A stretch of 64,000 nucleotides of DNA from Pecten maximus (lineage: Eukaryota): assembly GCF_902652985.1 (NCBI RefSeq), contig NC_047025.1:40610001-40674000 (forward strand), given 5' to 3'. A model generated the notes under the pieces. The model did not search any database. It saw only the letters and a program-made list of their open reading frames with translations, and was not told where the DNA came from. Within the stretch, counting starts at the first letter, position 1, and every line of letters starts with the position of its first letter. Positions 39,601-54,600 of this stretch are shown piece by piece. Made by a program: the position numbers and the translations under genes.

Positions 39601-42600
39601 GATAATGGAACAGGAGGAACTGATTAATTACATTGTAAACAAAGCAGTTTATGGTATAATTTGATTGAAGGCTGCAGTTGAGACAAATTTATGAGTCAGT
39701 TGTTGAGGATCATTACTATGCTATGGATCACTAAGGAACCGAGTATTGGTGGCTAAACAGGAAATAGTATCCCACCGAACGGGAGGGCACCTGCTCTGTC
39801 AGGCGTTGGATGGCTAGACAAGATATAGGTACTCTGTATGTACTTATAGGTGTACAATCAATGTTTGACTGGCTGTTTGGAGCTAATATATATGTTCCTC
39901 ATATATCCATGTACACTTCAATTAAAAGGTCCCTTTAATTTATTGTATTTCTTTGTATACAACTCTGATAAACACTGTAGGAAGGGATGTAGGGTTTGTA
40001 TGGAGGAGACAAGGGAGGCAGAGGGGAGGAGAGGAGGGAGACAGAGTGGAGGGCAAGATAAATTAGAGGAAGAGGACAGAGAAGGGGGAGAGGAAGAGAC
40101 GGCAAAAGGGTAGAGGAGGAGAAAGACAATGACTGGGAAAGGAGGAGGGAGACAGATGAGGAAGTGCAGAATCGGAGAAGGGGGGAGGGCAGAGTTGGAA
40201 GGGAAAAGAAGGAGGAAGAAGACAGAGTTAGAAGGGAGAGGAGAGAAACAGGGAAAAGGAAGAAGAGGACAGAGACAGAGGGGAGGAAGAGAAAGTATAG
40301 GAAGAGGCTAGTAAGAAGTGACAAGCTAAAGGGAGACAGAAAATTAGGGGAAGAAGAGGAAGACTGAGAGTTGGAGGGGGAGGGGGGATTAGGGGAGGAG
40401 ATAAAGGAAGCCATAACCAATAACACTGCCACCTATCTTTGGTATACTGTAACAAACAGTTGGCTGTATGCTACTCCCTCTGTAACAGGGGCTAGTTATT
40501 GTAAAGGCTCCCTATACTATGTCTGGATATGTGTTATGGGGTAGTCATTTTGTACAGAATTTAAAGTATCTTTCTGGTGGTTTTCCCAAAAGATCAAGAC
40601 TAGTACTAGTTTGTATGGCATAAATCATTGACCATGACTCTTCATACAACAGTATATATTGGTACAAATTATTAGAGCTAGCATTCCAGGGATATATATA
40701 GTCCTTGTTATATGTGATGTTAAACCTGATAACATACACCTATTACGGTAATATAGTGATAATAGTCTTAATATCCCGCTGTGGTCTACTAAGTAGAGAC
40801 TATATGTGAATGTTTAGGATAAGTCGCTACTTCTGGTTTCAACTCTTTAAAACTCTTCTCAAAATAGCTATCAATATTGCTGCTAGCACTGAAATACATG
40901 TACACTTGGGCCTAGTGATGGGTAGTCGTGGAGTACACTTGGGCCTAGTGATTGGTAGTCGTGAGTTGGTTGTTGGTGTTGTTATCAAATCCTACTGGAG
41001 GAAAAAATGAGACTGCAGACACTGCTAGTCTGCAGAATCATGTTCATCAAAATAACAACAATCCTGGCTTAGATGGGTAACATCATAACATGCATGTTTT
41101 TATACCTAAACCCAGCCTTGTGGTGGCTCCGTCAGACAAACTCGCACCTAAACCCAGCCTTGTGGTTCCGTCACTCGCACCTAAACCCAGCCTTGTGGAT
41201 CCGTCAGACAAACTCGCACCTAAACCCAGCCTTGTGGTGGCTCCGTCAGACAAACTCATACCTAAACCCAACCTTGTGGATCCGTCAGACAAACTCGCAC
41301 CTAAACCCAGCCTTGTGGTTCCGTCTGACAAACTCGTACCTAAACCCAGCCTTGTGGTGGCTCCGTCAGACAAACTCATACCTAAACCCAACCTTGTGGC
41401 GTTTCTGTCAGACAAACTTATACCTAAACCCAGCCTTGTGGTTCCGTCTGACAAACTCGTACCTAAACCCAGCCTTGTGGTTCCGTCAGACAAACTCATA
41501 CCTAAACCCAGCCTTGTGGCGTTTCTGTCAGACAAACTTATACCTAAACCCAGGCTTGTAGTGGCTCCGTCAGACAAACTCGCACCTAAACCCAGCCTTG
41601 TGGTTCCGTCAGACAAACTCATACCTAAACCCAGCCTTGGGGCGTTTCTGTCAGACAAACTTATACCTAAACCCAGGCTTGTGGTTCCGTCAGACAAACT
41701 CGCACCTAAACCCAGCCTTGTGGTTCCGTCAGACAAACTCGCACCTAAACCCAGCCTTGTGGTTCCGTCAGACAAACTCATACCTAAACCCAGCCTTGTG
41801 GCGTTTCTGTCAGACAAACTTATACCTAAACCCAGGCTTGTAGTGGCTCCGTCAGACAAACTCGCACCTAAACCCAGCCTTGTGGTTCCTTCAGACAAAC
41901 TCGTACCTAAACCCAGCCTTGTGGTTCCGTCGGACAAACTCATACCTAAACCCAGCCTTGTGGCATTTCTGTCAGACAAACTCGTACCTAAACCCAGCCT
42001 TGTGGTTCCTTCAGACAAACTCATACCTAAACCCAGCCTTGTGGTTCCGTCAGACAAACTTATACCTAAACCCAGCTTTGTTGTGGTTCCGTCAGACAAA
42101 CTTGTACCTAAAACAGCCTTGTGGTTCCATGAGACAAACTCATACCTAAAACAGCCTTGTGGTTCCGTGAGACAAACTTATACCTAAACCCAGCCTTGTG
42201 GTTCCGTGAGACAAACTTATACCTTAACCCAGCCTTGTGGCATTTCTGTCAGACAAATTTATACCTAAACCCAGCCTTGTGGTGGCTCTGTCAGACAAAC
42301 TTATACCTAAACCCAGCCTGGTGGTGGTTCCGTCAGACAAACTCAAAGCTCAAAGTTTCTTTGTGGTAGTGAGCTAATCATATATAACTGTACTAAGATT
42401 ATGTGAAGGAAAATTAGCATTTCATGTCCACTTTTGTAGTAATACACTCTAACAGATATGATTTTTTTTCAAATGTTCTCGTGGTGGTATAATGCTGTGT
42501 AAAAATCTTGCTAGATTGATCATTCAACAATAAACATAGGATCACAGAAGTTAGCAGCGGTGTATGATGAGGACTGTGTTTGAGGTTTATGAAAGGTTTG

Positions 42601-45600
42601 TTTTGTGTGATAGACTTCAGATAATTTCCTGTTCTGAGATTCCATGTTTGTCAGTCCCCCATTGCGACCTGGTAGGGGAGGGAGACTTTAGTTTTATGTT
42701 GTGTCTGTCCATTCTTCCTTCTGCTCTTCTGCCCTTCAGCACTTTATCTTGCCTCCTACACTACTGGCCATGTACTAAAATTAGGTCACTCTGACCTACA
42801 TTTTGGCCATTGACCCGTTCGTTGTATTAAGGTCCAAAGTGTGCTCCATTCTGGCCAACAGGGGTGATCAGTACCATGTGATATAACTTGTTTAAAGTTG
42901 AGTCAGGCAGAACATATTTGTATGCTGGTCTACAGTTTATATTTGTACCTGATGTACAGACGTACCATGATAATGAAATTATATCACAATTTTATCAAGT
43001 AAACAACCTGAGTCACAACTGATATACAATGTATATAGAGCTAACATCAAATGAATCAATTTCATCTTGTTTATCAATCTCCGCTAATCAGATAGCTTGT
43101 GTCATGTGGTGACTGTGTTTATTCCTGAGAATACCTATATCATATATGACAAGGGGATGGGACAGTCTACTTTCCTTGTATCATTTCTGTGTAATGTATG
43201 TCATGTGGTGACTGTGTTCATTCCTGAGAATACCTATATCATATATGACAAGGGGATGGGACAGTCTACTTTCCTTGTATCATTTCTGTGTAATGTATGT
43301 CATGTGGTGACTGTGTTCATTCCTGAGAATACCTATATCATATATGACAAGGGGATGGGACAGTCTACTTTCCTTGTATCATTTCTGTGTAATGTAATGG
43401 TATATCTGGTTGTGTCTTGACAAACAAACAATATAATGAAATATAGACAAACTAAAAGTTTTATCATATTGTACCTGATTCAAGTTTCTCCTCACAGAAT
43501 TCGGCTATGGTTCAGCTGCTCTACTTTTCCTATGGTCATTTATCATTATTATTTATATGCTGACCACTGGACCTTCCAAATTATCATTGTGATAAAAACC
43601 TTCCTAGCTTGTCTATTGTTTGTTTATTTAGAAAAAAAAAATCATATTCTCTTGCTTAGAGGAAACATGTGACTCACTGAATATTAGGTGTTATAAAAAA
43701 CTAGTATTTCTAATGCTTAATTTATGGGAAATGTTATTGAACTTTTTGGCAAATTGAAAACAGTTACAAACACAGAGTAAATGTATATATCGTAAATATA
43801 TACCATGGTGGGTGTCCACATCAAACAGTTATATCAAATTGTTGTTAGCTACATCTAAACAGATGTAACATTTCCTTAGTGATGTTAGACTTTCAAACAC
43901 ATTGTAAGATGGCTGTACACACAACTTCAAGATCAAAAGATAGACTAGGATTATACCAGTCAGTTGGGCTTCACTTTGAATTGTTGATTCTTATTTTGAA
44001 AATTAGGCATCTACATGTTTAGTAATATTATTCTTTGATTTTATAAATAGGGTCACAAATTCATTCAACCACCTCGAACAAGCACCTCCATCCCGCCCTC
44101 ATCTCCATCTCCAACCCCACCCACAACCCTCCTTCAACCCCACCTCCATCCCTAACCTCTCCACCACCTCCAACCCTAACCTCCCCACCACCTCCAACCC
44201 TAACCTCTCCACCACCTCCAACCCTAACCTCTCCACCACCTCCAACCCTAACCTCTCTACCACCTCCAACACTAACCTCCTCACCACCTCCAACCCTAAC
44301 CTCTCTACCACCTCCAACCCAACGCGCCACCACCGCCAACACGAACCGGCGCACCACCGCCAACCAACTCGCGCGACCACCTGCCAACACGAACCGCGAC
44401 CACCCCAACACGAACCCCGCAACCACCCCAAACGAACCGCCCACCACCGCCAAACCAACCGCGCCACCACCGCCAACCCGAACCGCCCACCACCGCAACC
44501 CGAACCGGCCACCACGCCACAACACAAACCGCGCGACCACCGCCAACCCAACGCCCACCACCGCCAACCGAAACCGCCCCAAACCCCCGCCAACCAGAAC
44601 CGCGCCACCACCGCCAACACGAACCGCACCCACCACCCCAACACAACCGCGCCACCACCTCCAACCCGAACCGCCCCACCACCCCAAACCCGAACCGCCC
44701 CCCACGCCCAAAAACAAACGCGCACCACCGCCAACACGAACCGCCCACCACCCCAACCCGAACCCGCCACCACCCCAACCCAACCCGCCACCACCGCAAA
44801 CCGAACCGCCAACCACACGACCGGGCCAACGAAACCGCGCCCAACACGCCAACCGAAACCGCCCACCACCGCAAACACAACGCGCCACCACCACACCCCA
44901 CTACCGCGCCACCACCCCAACACGAACCCCAACACCGCCACCGAACCGCGCCACCACCGCCAACCCACCGCCCACCACCCGCCACCACGAACCCCCCACC
45001 ACCTCCAACCCTAACCGCCCCACCACCCCAACACAACCGCGCACCAACAGCCAACAACGAAACACCACCACCGCAGCCCAACCCCCACCACCGCCAACAC
45101 AACGCAAACCACCGCCAAACCCGAACCGCCCACCACCGAACACAACCGCCCCACCACGCCAAGCCAAACGCCCACCACCGCCAAGAACAACCCCCACACT
45201 CACGCCAAACCCGAACCGCACCACACGCAAACACGAACACCGCCACCAACGCCAACCCAAAAAGCAAAGCCACACAAAAAACCCAAAAAACACAAACCGC
45301 ACACCACACCAACACAACAGCAACCACCGCCAACACGAAGCCCACAACAAAACAACGAACCGCGCCACCAACCCCAACACGAACCGCGCCACCACGCCAA
45401 CAAAGCCACCCACCAACCGCCAAACACAACCGCCCCACCACCCAACACAACGCCAACCACCCAACAAGAACGCCCACCACCCAACCCAACCGCCCACCAC
45501 TCCCAAACGAACCGCCCAACCACCAACCTGAACCGCCCACCACCTCCAACCCGAACCCGCCACCACCGCACAACCCAACACGCCCCAACCCCAACACGAA

Positions 45601-48600
45601 CCGCCACCACCACCAACACTAACGCCCACCACCGCAAAACAAGAACCGCCCACCACCGCCAAACAGAACCGCCCACCACCGCAAACACCAACCCACCACA
45701 ACACACCTCCAACACAAACCGTCCCACCACCGCCAACAACGAACCCGCCACCACCGCAACACAACCTAACACCACCACGCCAACACCAACCCGCCCCCAA
45801 ACCCACCCCAACACGAACCCCCACCACTGCAACCCGAACCCCCCACCACCAGCCAACACGACCAGCGCCCCACCTCCCAACACGAACCACGCCACCACCA
45901 GCCACACCAACCGCCCCACCACCGCCAACCCTAACCTCTCCACCACCGCCAACCGAAACCCCCACCACCCCAACCCGAAACAGCCCACCACCCGCCAACA
46001 CACCGCGCCACCACCGCCAACAAGCGCCACCACCGCCAAACTACACCGCCCCACACCAACACGAACCGCGCATCCCCGCCAAAAGCCCGCACAACGCCAA
46101 ACCAGCGACCAACAGAAACGCGCCACCACCGCCAAACAGAACCCCACCACCCGCCAACACGAACCGCCACCACCACCATACACCACTCCGAACAACCTCC
46201 ACCACCCAACACGAACGCTCACCACCGCCAACCCGACCCTCCACCACCCCAACACTAACACCGCTCCACCACCTCCCAACCCAACCCCCCACCACCCCAA
46301 CCCAACCGCCACCACCGCCAACACGAACCGCTCCACCACCGCCAACCGAACCGTCGCACCACCGCCAACCCGAACCGCGCCACCACTCCAACCCGAACCT
46401 CGCACACCCCCTAACCTCTCCACCACCTCCAACCCTAACCTCTCCACCACCTCCAACACTAACCTCTCCACCACCTCCAACACTAACCTCCCCACCACCT
46501 CCAACCCTAACCTCCCCACCACCTCCAACACTAACCTCTCCACCACCTCCAACCCTAACCTCTCCACCACCTCCAACACTAACCTCCCCACCCCACTATG
46601 TATTTAAATAGTGAAGTGTAAAATTCTTTTTTATTAATTTCAGATTTGTAAAGAATTAAACAATCCCAGCATTCCAGGGGTGAAGAAGTTTCAGGGTCAC
46701 CGTGGTGTTTGGAAATGTGTGGTATCCAAGGCAGCAGGGCGAATGTACCAGGTAAGTACAGTAAAGGTACACGTCCGTTTACCTATATCTACCTGTAATC
46801 AGCAGTGTGATCGGGGTGTAGGTTAGGACAACCCAATGTCTCCCTCCAGGAACACTCTGGAGAAACTAAACTATTGTAATAACTTATTACATATACTATA
46901 AATTGTGACGTATACTAAAGGAGGATTGGGTATCAAAAATCATCAATATACGAAACTTAATGAGTATAATTCTGTTAAGTTTTAATCAACAAATGCTTGT
47001 CTCCATAGAAACCATTGATTCTGATTGCTACTGCAGTCCTTATTGGCTAGTTATGTTGGTTTCTATGAGTTGGATTTTAATCCAATTAAACTGTGCTCCA
47101 GTCATCTGCTAATAAAGTTGGGTTACGAAGTAATCAACTCGCCCTACTTCTGTAGTTCTGTCATCACTCTCTCATGGTGACAATAAAACACTTACATTTC
47201 TACATACACATGTAGTTATGTCATCTCATGGTGACAGTAAAACACTTACATTTCTACATACACACGTAGTTCTGTCATCTCATGGTGACAGTAAAACACT
47301 TACATTTCTACATACACACGTAGTTCTGTCATCTCATGGTGACAGTAAAACACTTACATTTCTACATACACACGTAGTTCTGTCATCTCATGATGACAAT
47401 AAAACACTTACATTTCTACATACACACGTAGTTCTGTCATCTCATGGTGACAGTAAAACACTTACATTTCTACATACACATGTAGTTCTGTCATCTCATG
47501 GTGACAATAAAACACTTACATTTCTACATACACATGTAGTTCTGTCATCTCATGGTGACAATAAAACACTTACATTACTACATACACATGTAGTTCTGTC
47601 ATCGCATGGTGACAATAAAACACTTACATTTCTACATACACATGTAGTTCTGTCATCTCATGGTGACAGTAAAACACTTAATTTCTACATACACATGTAG
47701 TTCTGTCATCTCATAGTGACAATAAAACACTTACATTTCTACATACACATGTAGTTATGTCATCTCATGGTGACAATAAACACTTAATTTCTACATACAC
47801 ATGTAGTTCTGTCATCACATGGTGACACTAAAACACTTACATTTCTACATACACACGTAGTTCTGTCATCTCATAGTGACAATAAACACTTACATTTCTA
47901 CATACACACGTAGTTCTGTCATCACATGGTGACAGTAAAACACTTACATTTCTACATACACACGTAGTTCTGTCATCTCATGGTGACAATAAAACACTTA
48001 CATTTCTACATACACATGTTGTTCTGTCATCTCATGGTGACAATAAACACTTACATTTCTACATACACATGCAGTTCTGTCATCTCATGGTGACAATAAA
48101 ACACTTACATTTCTACATACACATGTTGTTCTGTCATCTCATGGTGACAATAAAACACTTACATTTCTACATACACACGTAGTTCTGTCATCTCATGGTG
48201 ACAATAAAACACTTACATTTCTACATACACACGTAGTTCTGTCATCTCATGGTGACAGTAAAACACTTACATTTCTACATACACACGTAGTTCTGTCATC
48301 TCATGATGACAATAAAACACTTACATTACTACATACACATGTAGTTCTGTCATCTCATGGTGACAGTAAAACACTTACATTTCTACATACACATGTAGTT
48401 CTGTCATCTCATGGTGACAGTAAAACACTTACATTACTACATACACACGTAGTTCTGTCATCTCATGGTGACAGTAAAACACTTACATTTCTACATACAC
48501 ACGTAGTTCTGTCATCTCATGGTGACAATAAAACACTTACATTTCTACATACACATGTAGTTCTGTCATCTCATGGTGACAGTAAAACACTTACATTTCT

Positions 48601-51600
48601 ACATACACACGTAGTTCTGTCATCTCATGGTGACAATAAACACTTACATTTCTACATACACACGTAGTTCTGTCATCTCATGGTGACAATAAAACACTTA
48701 CATTTCTACATACACACGTAGTTCTGTCATCGCATGGTGACAATAAAACACTTACATTTCTACATACACATGTAGTTCTGTCATCTCATGGTGACATTAG
48801 CACACTTACATTTCTACATACACAGTTAGTTCTGTCATCTCATGGTGACAGTAAAACACTTACATTACTACATACACACGTAGTTCTGTCATCTCATGGT
48901 GACAATAAAACACTTACATTTCTACATACACACGTAGTTCTGTCATCGCATGGTGACAATAAAACACTTACATTTCTACATACACATGTAGTTCTGTCAT
49001 CTCATGGTGACAATAAAACACTTACATTTCTACATACACATGTAGTTCTGTCATCTCATGGTGACAATAAAACACTTACATTTCTACATACACACGTAGT
49101 TCTGTCATCACTATCTCATGGTGACAATAAAACACTTACATTTCTACATACACACGTAGTTCTGTCATCACATGGTGACGGTAAAACACTTACATTTCTA
49201 CATACACATGTAGTTCTGTCATCAATACCTCACTTTTACCTGCGCTGCATGTCACGAGCATGACTTCCTGACACTTGTAAAAAAGGATTATTTGGTGTTT
49301 ATTAATCTTTTCCGTAAAATGTCTGATTGCACTACAAGAAAAAGACTACACAAAGGAAATTTATTTGTCAAACATTTTTAAACCAACACTTAATGGCCAT
49401 AATGATTTGTGTCCTTTATAAAATTATACCTTGAACTACAATACTGTTACCTTCATTTTATCCATTATGACGTCATCCTGTTAAGTAATACATCAAACAC
49501 CTGAAGATGGCCAGAAAGGCCACCTGAAAGCATTATAGCGTTATTGATTGTAATTGTTTGTCATGTTGAATCTTTTTTGTTTATATAACTAAACAATATA
49601 CAATGTCTTTATCTTTTTGAACTATATATTAATCTTTCTACCACAGTACGCCGTGTTATTTCACTCTCAAGCCATTGTATAAATGTGTCGACTGTTGGAT
49701 ATATATATGTTATATTCCACTAGTGGAATATGACCTTCCGTTCTTTTTATTGGTCAAGAATTCGAACTTTGACCCTGTGCTGCAATTGTTATTGACGTCA
49801 TCAATAATCAAATGATGTAGTTTCAAGGGGTCCCGGCCGTCACCTGTACACCTCATTTGCATACGCAAAAAAAAAGACTTTAATGGCCACGTTTCCCTTT
49901 GATTCAAGCCGATATTATTGTGGTAGAAACAGGTCACACGACTTGTGATTTTTGGATATGGAATTTATTTCACAGGAGTAAGTTATTTTTTAAAAGTTAC
50001 AAAAGACACTCGCTAAAGCTCGTGTCGTTTAAAAAATAACTTTACTCATGTAAACTAAATTCCATATCCAACAACCACTTGTTGTGTAACCTCTATATAT
50101 ATAAAGATATACATATGATCAGGGACATGTTTGTTCCTGGAACTCATCGTCACATGATCATATCAATAGGGTTATCGTGTTATTTCTTCTGCACCAACAT
50201 GTACAACATTTCATACAAGTATGTATTTCTCAGAATATCTCCTTTCAAGTTATTTTATTCAAGTATGTATTTCTTAGAATGTCTTCTTTCAAGATATTTT
50301 ATTTAAGTATGTATTTCTCAGAATGACTTCCAAGATATATTTATAAGTGTGTATTTCTCTGCCTAAATGTGTACTGGCTCAAGTTTGTCACTGTGTTTAC
50401 TCTGTGTGGGAAGTTATACATTCTAAATGTTACCAGATTGTTTCCTCACTCACATATTGATAAATTATTTCTCCTCAGGACATATCTGGAGGGGGTTAAT
50501 ATGGTATGTTGGGGAGGGGGGTTAATATGGTATGTTGGGGAGGGGGTTAATATGGTATGTTGGGGAGGGGGGTTAATATGGTATGTTGGGGAGGGGGGTT
50601 AATATGGTATGTTGGGGAGGGGTTAATATGGTATGTTGGGGAGGGGGGTTAATATGGTATGTTGGGGAGGGGGGGTTAATATGGTATGTTGGGGAGGGGG
50701 GTTAATATGGTATGTTGGGGAGGGGGGGTTAATATGGTATGTTGGGGAGGGGGTTAATATGGTATGTTGGGGAGGGGGGTTAATATGGTATGTTGGGGAG
50801 GGGGTTAATATGGTATGTTGGGGGAGGGTGTTAATATGGTATGTTGGGGGGGGGGGGGGTGATATGGTATCAGTTGGGAGGGGAGTTGATATGGTAAATG
50901 TTGGGTGAGTGGGTGGGTTGGTTGTGTGTGATATGGTATATGTTGTGTAGAGGGGGGGGGGGGGGGGGGGGGTGATATACCTCTGAAGTATTAGGTGGAG
51001 ATAACTCAGTGCCTGCCGTTATCTACCTCTGAAGTATTAGGTTGAAGACCAATAATTGATAAGAGACATATAAAGAAACCTGTGCCATATTGGTCACTTA
51101 TTTACATATCAGTCTCTGATTTACATGACCAAGGCAGGATAAATAAAGAACCTGTTGATAGAGAGGACATTTATAAAAGTCCTCACAACTACTGCCTGAT
51201 ATAGTACAGTTCTCAGCCGAGTCCTATGTATAAAGGGTGAGTTTTCGGCACAAACTCATTTAAAACTCTTAATCTGTACGAGATATTTAATGAGACATGC
51301 CAGGATTTTATCGTAGTATATATGTATATAGGAAATCAGCACTTGAGTGTGGAGTTTTCTGTTGGGTAGGAAGGCGAGATGAGTCAAGTAATGTGATATA
51401 AGAGACATGATGAATTGGCAAGCAGTGGGTGATTGTTTATTGTTTAATCAGTCACTGATCGTATGTCACAGTACACTTAGTCACAGACCAGGACACCTTA
51501 TGTCACGGTACACTTAGTCACAGACCGGGACACCTTATGTCACGGTACACTTAGTCACAGACATGGACACCTTATGTCACAGTACACCTAGTCACAGACC

Positions 51601-54600
51601 GGGACACCTTATGTCACGGTACACTTAGTCACAGACCGAGACACCTTATGTCACAGTACATTTAGTCACAGACCGGGACACCTTATGTCACCGTACATTT
51701 AGTCACAGACCGGGACACCTTATGTCACCGTACACTTAGTCACAGACTGGGACACCTTATGTCACGGTACACTTAGTCACAGACCGGGACACCTTATGTC
51801 ACGGTACACTTAGTCACAGACCGGGACACCTTATGTCACGGTACACTCAGTCACAGACCGGGACCCCTTATGTCACGGTACACTCAGTTACTGACCAGGA
51901 CACCTTATGTCACGGTACACTTAGTCACAGACCGAGACACCTTATGTCACGGTACATTTAGTCACAGACCGGGACACCTTATGTCACGGTACACTTAGTC
52001 ACAGGCCGGGACACCTTATGTCACGGTACACTTAGTCACAGACCGAGACACCTTATGTCACGGTACACTTAGTCACAGACCGGGACACCTTATGTCACGG
52101 TACATTTAGTCACAGACCGGGACACCTTATGTCACGGATAAGGTCACGGTACACTCAGTCACAGACTGGGACACCTTATGTCACGGTACACTTAGTCACA
52201 GACCAGGACACCTTACGTCTCGGTACACTTAGTCACAGACCAGGACACCTTATGTCACTGTACACTTAGTCACAGACCGGGACCCCTTATGTCACGGTAC
52301 ACTCAGTTACTGACCAGGACCCCTTATGTCATGGTACACTTAGTCACAGACCGGGACACCTTATGTCACGGTACACTTAGTCACAGACATGGACACCTTA
52401 TGTCACAGTACACCTAGTCACAGACCGGGACACCTTATGTCACGGTACACTTAGTCACAGACCGGGACACCTTATGTCACGGTACACTTAGTCACAGACC
52501 GGGACACCTTATGTCTCGGTACACTTAGTCACAGACCGGGACACCTTATGTCACGGTACACTTAGTCACAGACCGGGACACCTTATGTCATGGTACACCT
52601 AGTCACAGACCGGGACACCTTATGTCACGGTACACTCAGTCACAGACCGAGACACCTTATGTCACGGTACACTTAGTCACAGACCAGGACACCTTATGTC
52701 ACGGTACACTTAGTCACAGACCAGGACCCCTTATGTCACGGTACACTTAGTCACAGACCGGGACACCTTATGTCACCGTACATTTAGTCACAGACCGGGA
52801 CACCTTACGTCTCGGTACACTCAGTCACAGACCGGGACACCTTATGTCACGGTACACTCATGATCAGTCACAGACCGGGACACCTTATGTCACGGTACAC
52901 TTAGTCACAGAACGGGACACCTTATGTCATGGTACACCTAGTCACAGACCGAGACACCTTATGTCACAGTACACTGAGTCACAGACCAGGACACCTTACG
53001 TCTCGGTACACTCAGTCACAGACCGAGACACCTTATGTCACAGTACACTTAGTCACAGACCAGGACACCTTATGTCACGGTACACTTAGTCACAGACCGG
53101 GACACCTTATGTCACGGTACACTTAGTCATGTCACGGTACACTTAGTCACAGACCGGGACCCCTTATGTCACGGTACACTTAGTCACAGACCGGGACACC
53201 TGATGTCACGGTACACTTAGTCACAGAACGGGACACCTTATGTCACGGTACACTTAGTCACAGACCGGGACACCTTTTTTCATGGTACACTAAGTCACTG
53301 ACTGGGACACCTTATGTCACGGTGCACTTAGTCACAGACCGGGACACCTTATGTCACGGTACACTTAGTCACAGACCGGTACACCTAGTCACAGACCGAG
53401 ACACCTTATGTCACGGTACACTTAGTCACAGACCGAGACACCTTATGTCACGGTACACTCAGTCACAGACCGAGACACCTTATGTCACGGTACACTCAGT
53501 CACAGACCGAGACACCTTATGTCACGGTACACTTAGTCACAGACCAGGACACCTTATGTCACAGTACACTTAGTCACACATGTAAAACAAATGTCAGTGT
53601 AACTAACATAACATCTGTCATGTACTACAAGGATGTGAAACGAATGACAGTGTAACTAAAATAACATCTGTCATGTACTACAAGGATGTGAAACGAATGA
53701 CAGTGTAACTAAAATAACATCTGCCCGGTAGATGGAAATAAATGATGATATATTTAAGGAAAAATTGAATTTCATTTAAATCACATGCTTTCAATTCAGG
53801 TCATTTTCTAAGTACACTGGTCATTCTCTTGATTTCTCTTCCTTTGATCAGCAGCAGACAGGGCAGTAATGTTGAATAATTTATAACCAGACAATAAATA
53901 CATGTGTGGTATCCTCAATAGATCTTCATATACTTCACTCGTTTTCTCTTTAGGCTGATGGAGAGCGTTAAAGTAACACAGTCACTGTTAAAGTAACACA
54001 GTCACCCAGTACTGAAGTGACATTAAGCCACCAGTACTGTCGTAACACCATCACAAGTTGCTGTAGTAACACTGCCACCAGTTACTGTAGTAACACAGCC
54101 ACCAGTTACTGTAGTAACACAGCCACCAGTTACTGTGGTAACACAGCCACCAGTTAATGTAGTAACACTGCCACAAGTTACTGTGGTAACACAGCCACCA
54201 GTTACTGTGGTAACACAGCCACCAGTTACTGTAGTCACACAGCCACCAGTTACTGCGGTAACACAGCCACCAGTTACTGTAGTCACACAGCCACCAGTTA
54301 CTGTAGTAACACTGCCACCAGTTACTGTGGTAACACAGCCACCAGTTACTGTAGTAACACTGCCACCAGTTACTGTGGTAACACAGCCACCAGTACTGTA
54401 ATAAGACTGCCACCTGTTACTCTAATAATTCATAGTCACCAGTGCTGCCCCCTACTATGAATGTCACTTTAATAACAATGTAGCACAAGACCAATTATTC
54501 CATTCATTACTCAGTTATAATAATTTTTTGTCAATGATGATTGTTTATTACTTTTTTGGTGCAGGCTTTGGAATACAATGGCTTCCTGTATGACACTTCA

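Noticed and set aside
39850-40455. Charged or Ser/Leu-rich ORFs
   Set aside because: Arise from the GA-rich low-complexity tract; not needed for the EEPD1 reading frame.
41073-42369. Long ORFs on both strands (365 and 338 aa)
   Set aside because: 39/42-bp repeat preserves frame trivially; no coding evidence.
44140-44320. Interstitial telomere
   Set aside because: CCCTAA occurs once per 24-bp unit, not as tandem hexamers.
44061-46591. Gly/Val/Trp-rich long minus-strand ORFs
   Set aside because: Absence of A on the minus strand removes stop codons; low-complexity and possibly erroneous sequence.
49498-49545. CTGAAGA-TGGCC-loop-GGCCA-CCT-GAAA hammerhead-like motif
   Set aside because: Three extra nucleotides before GAAA and no convincing stems I or III.
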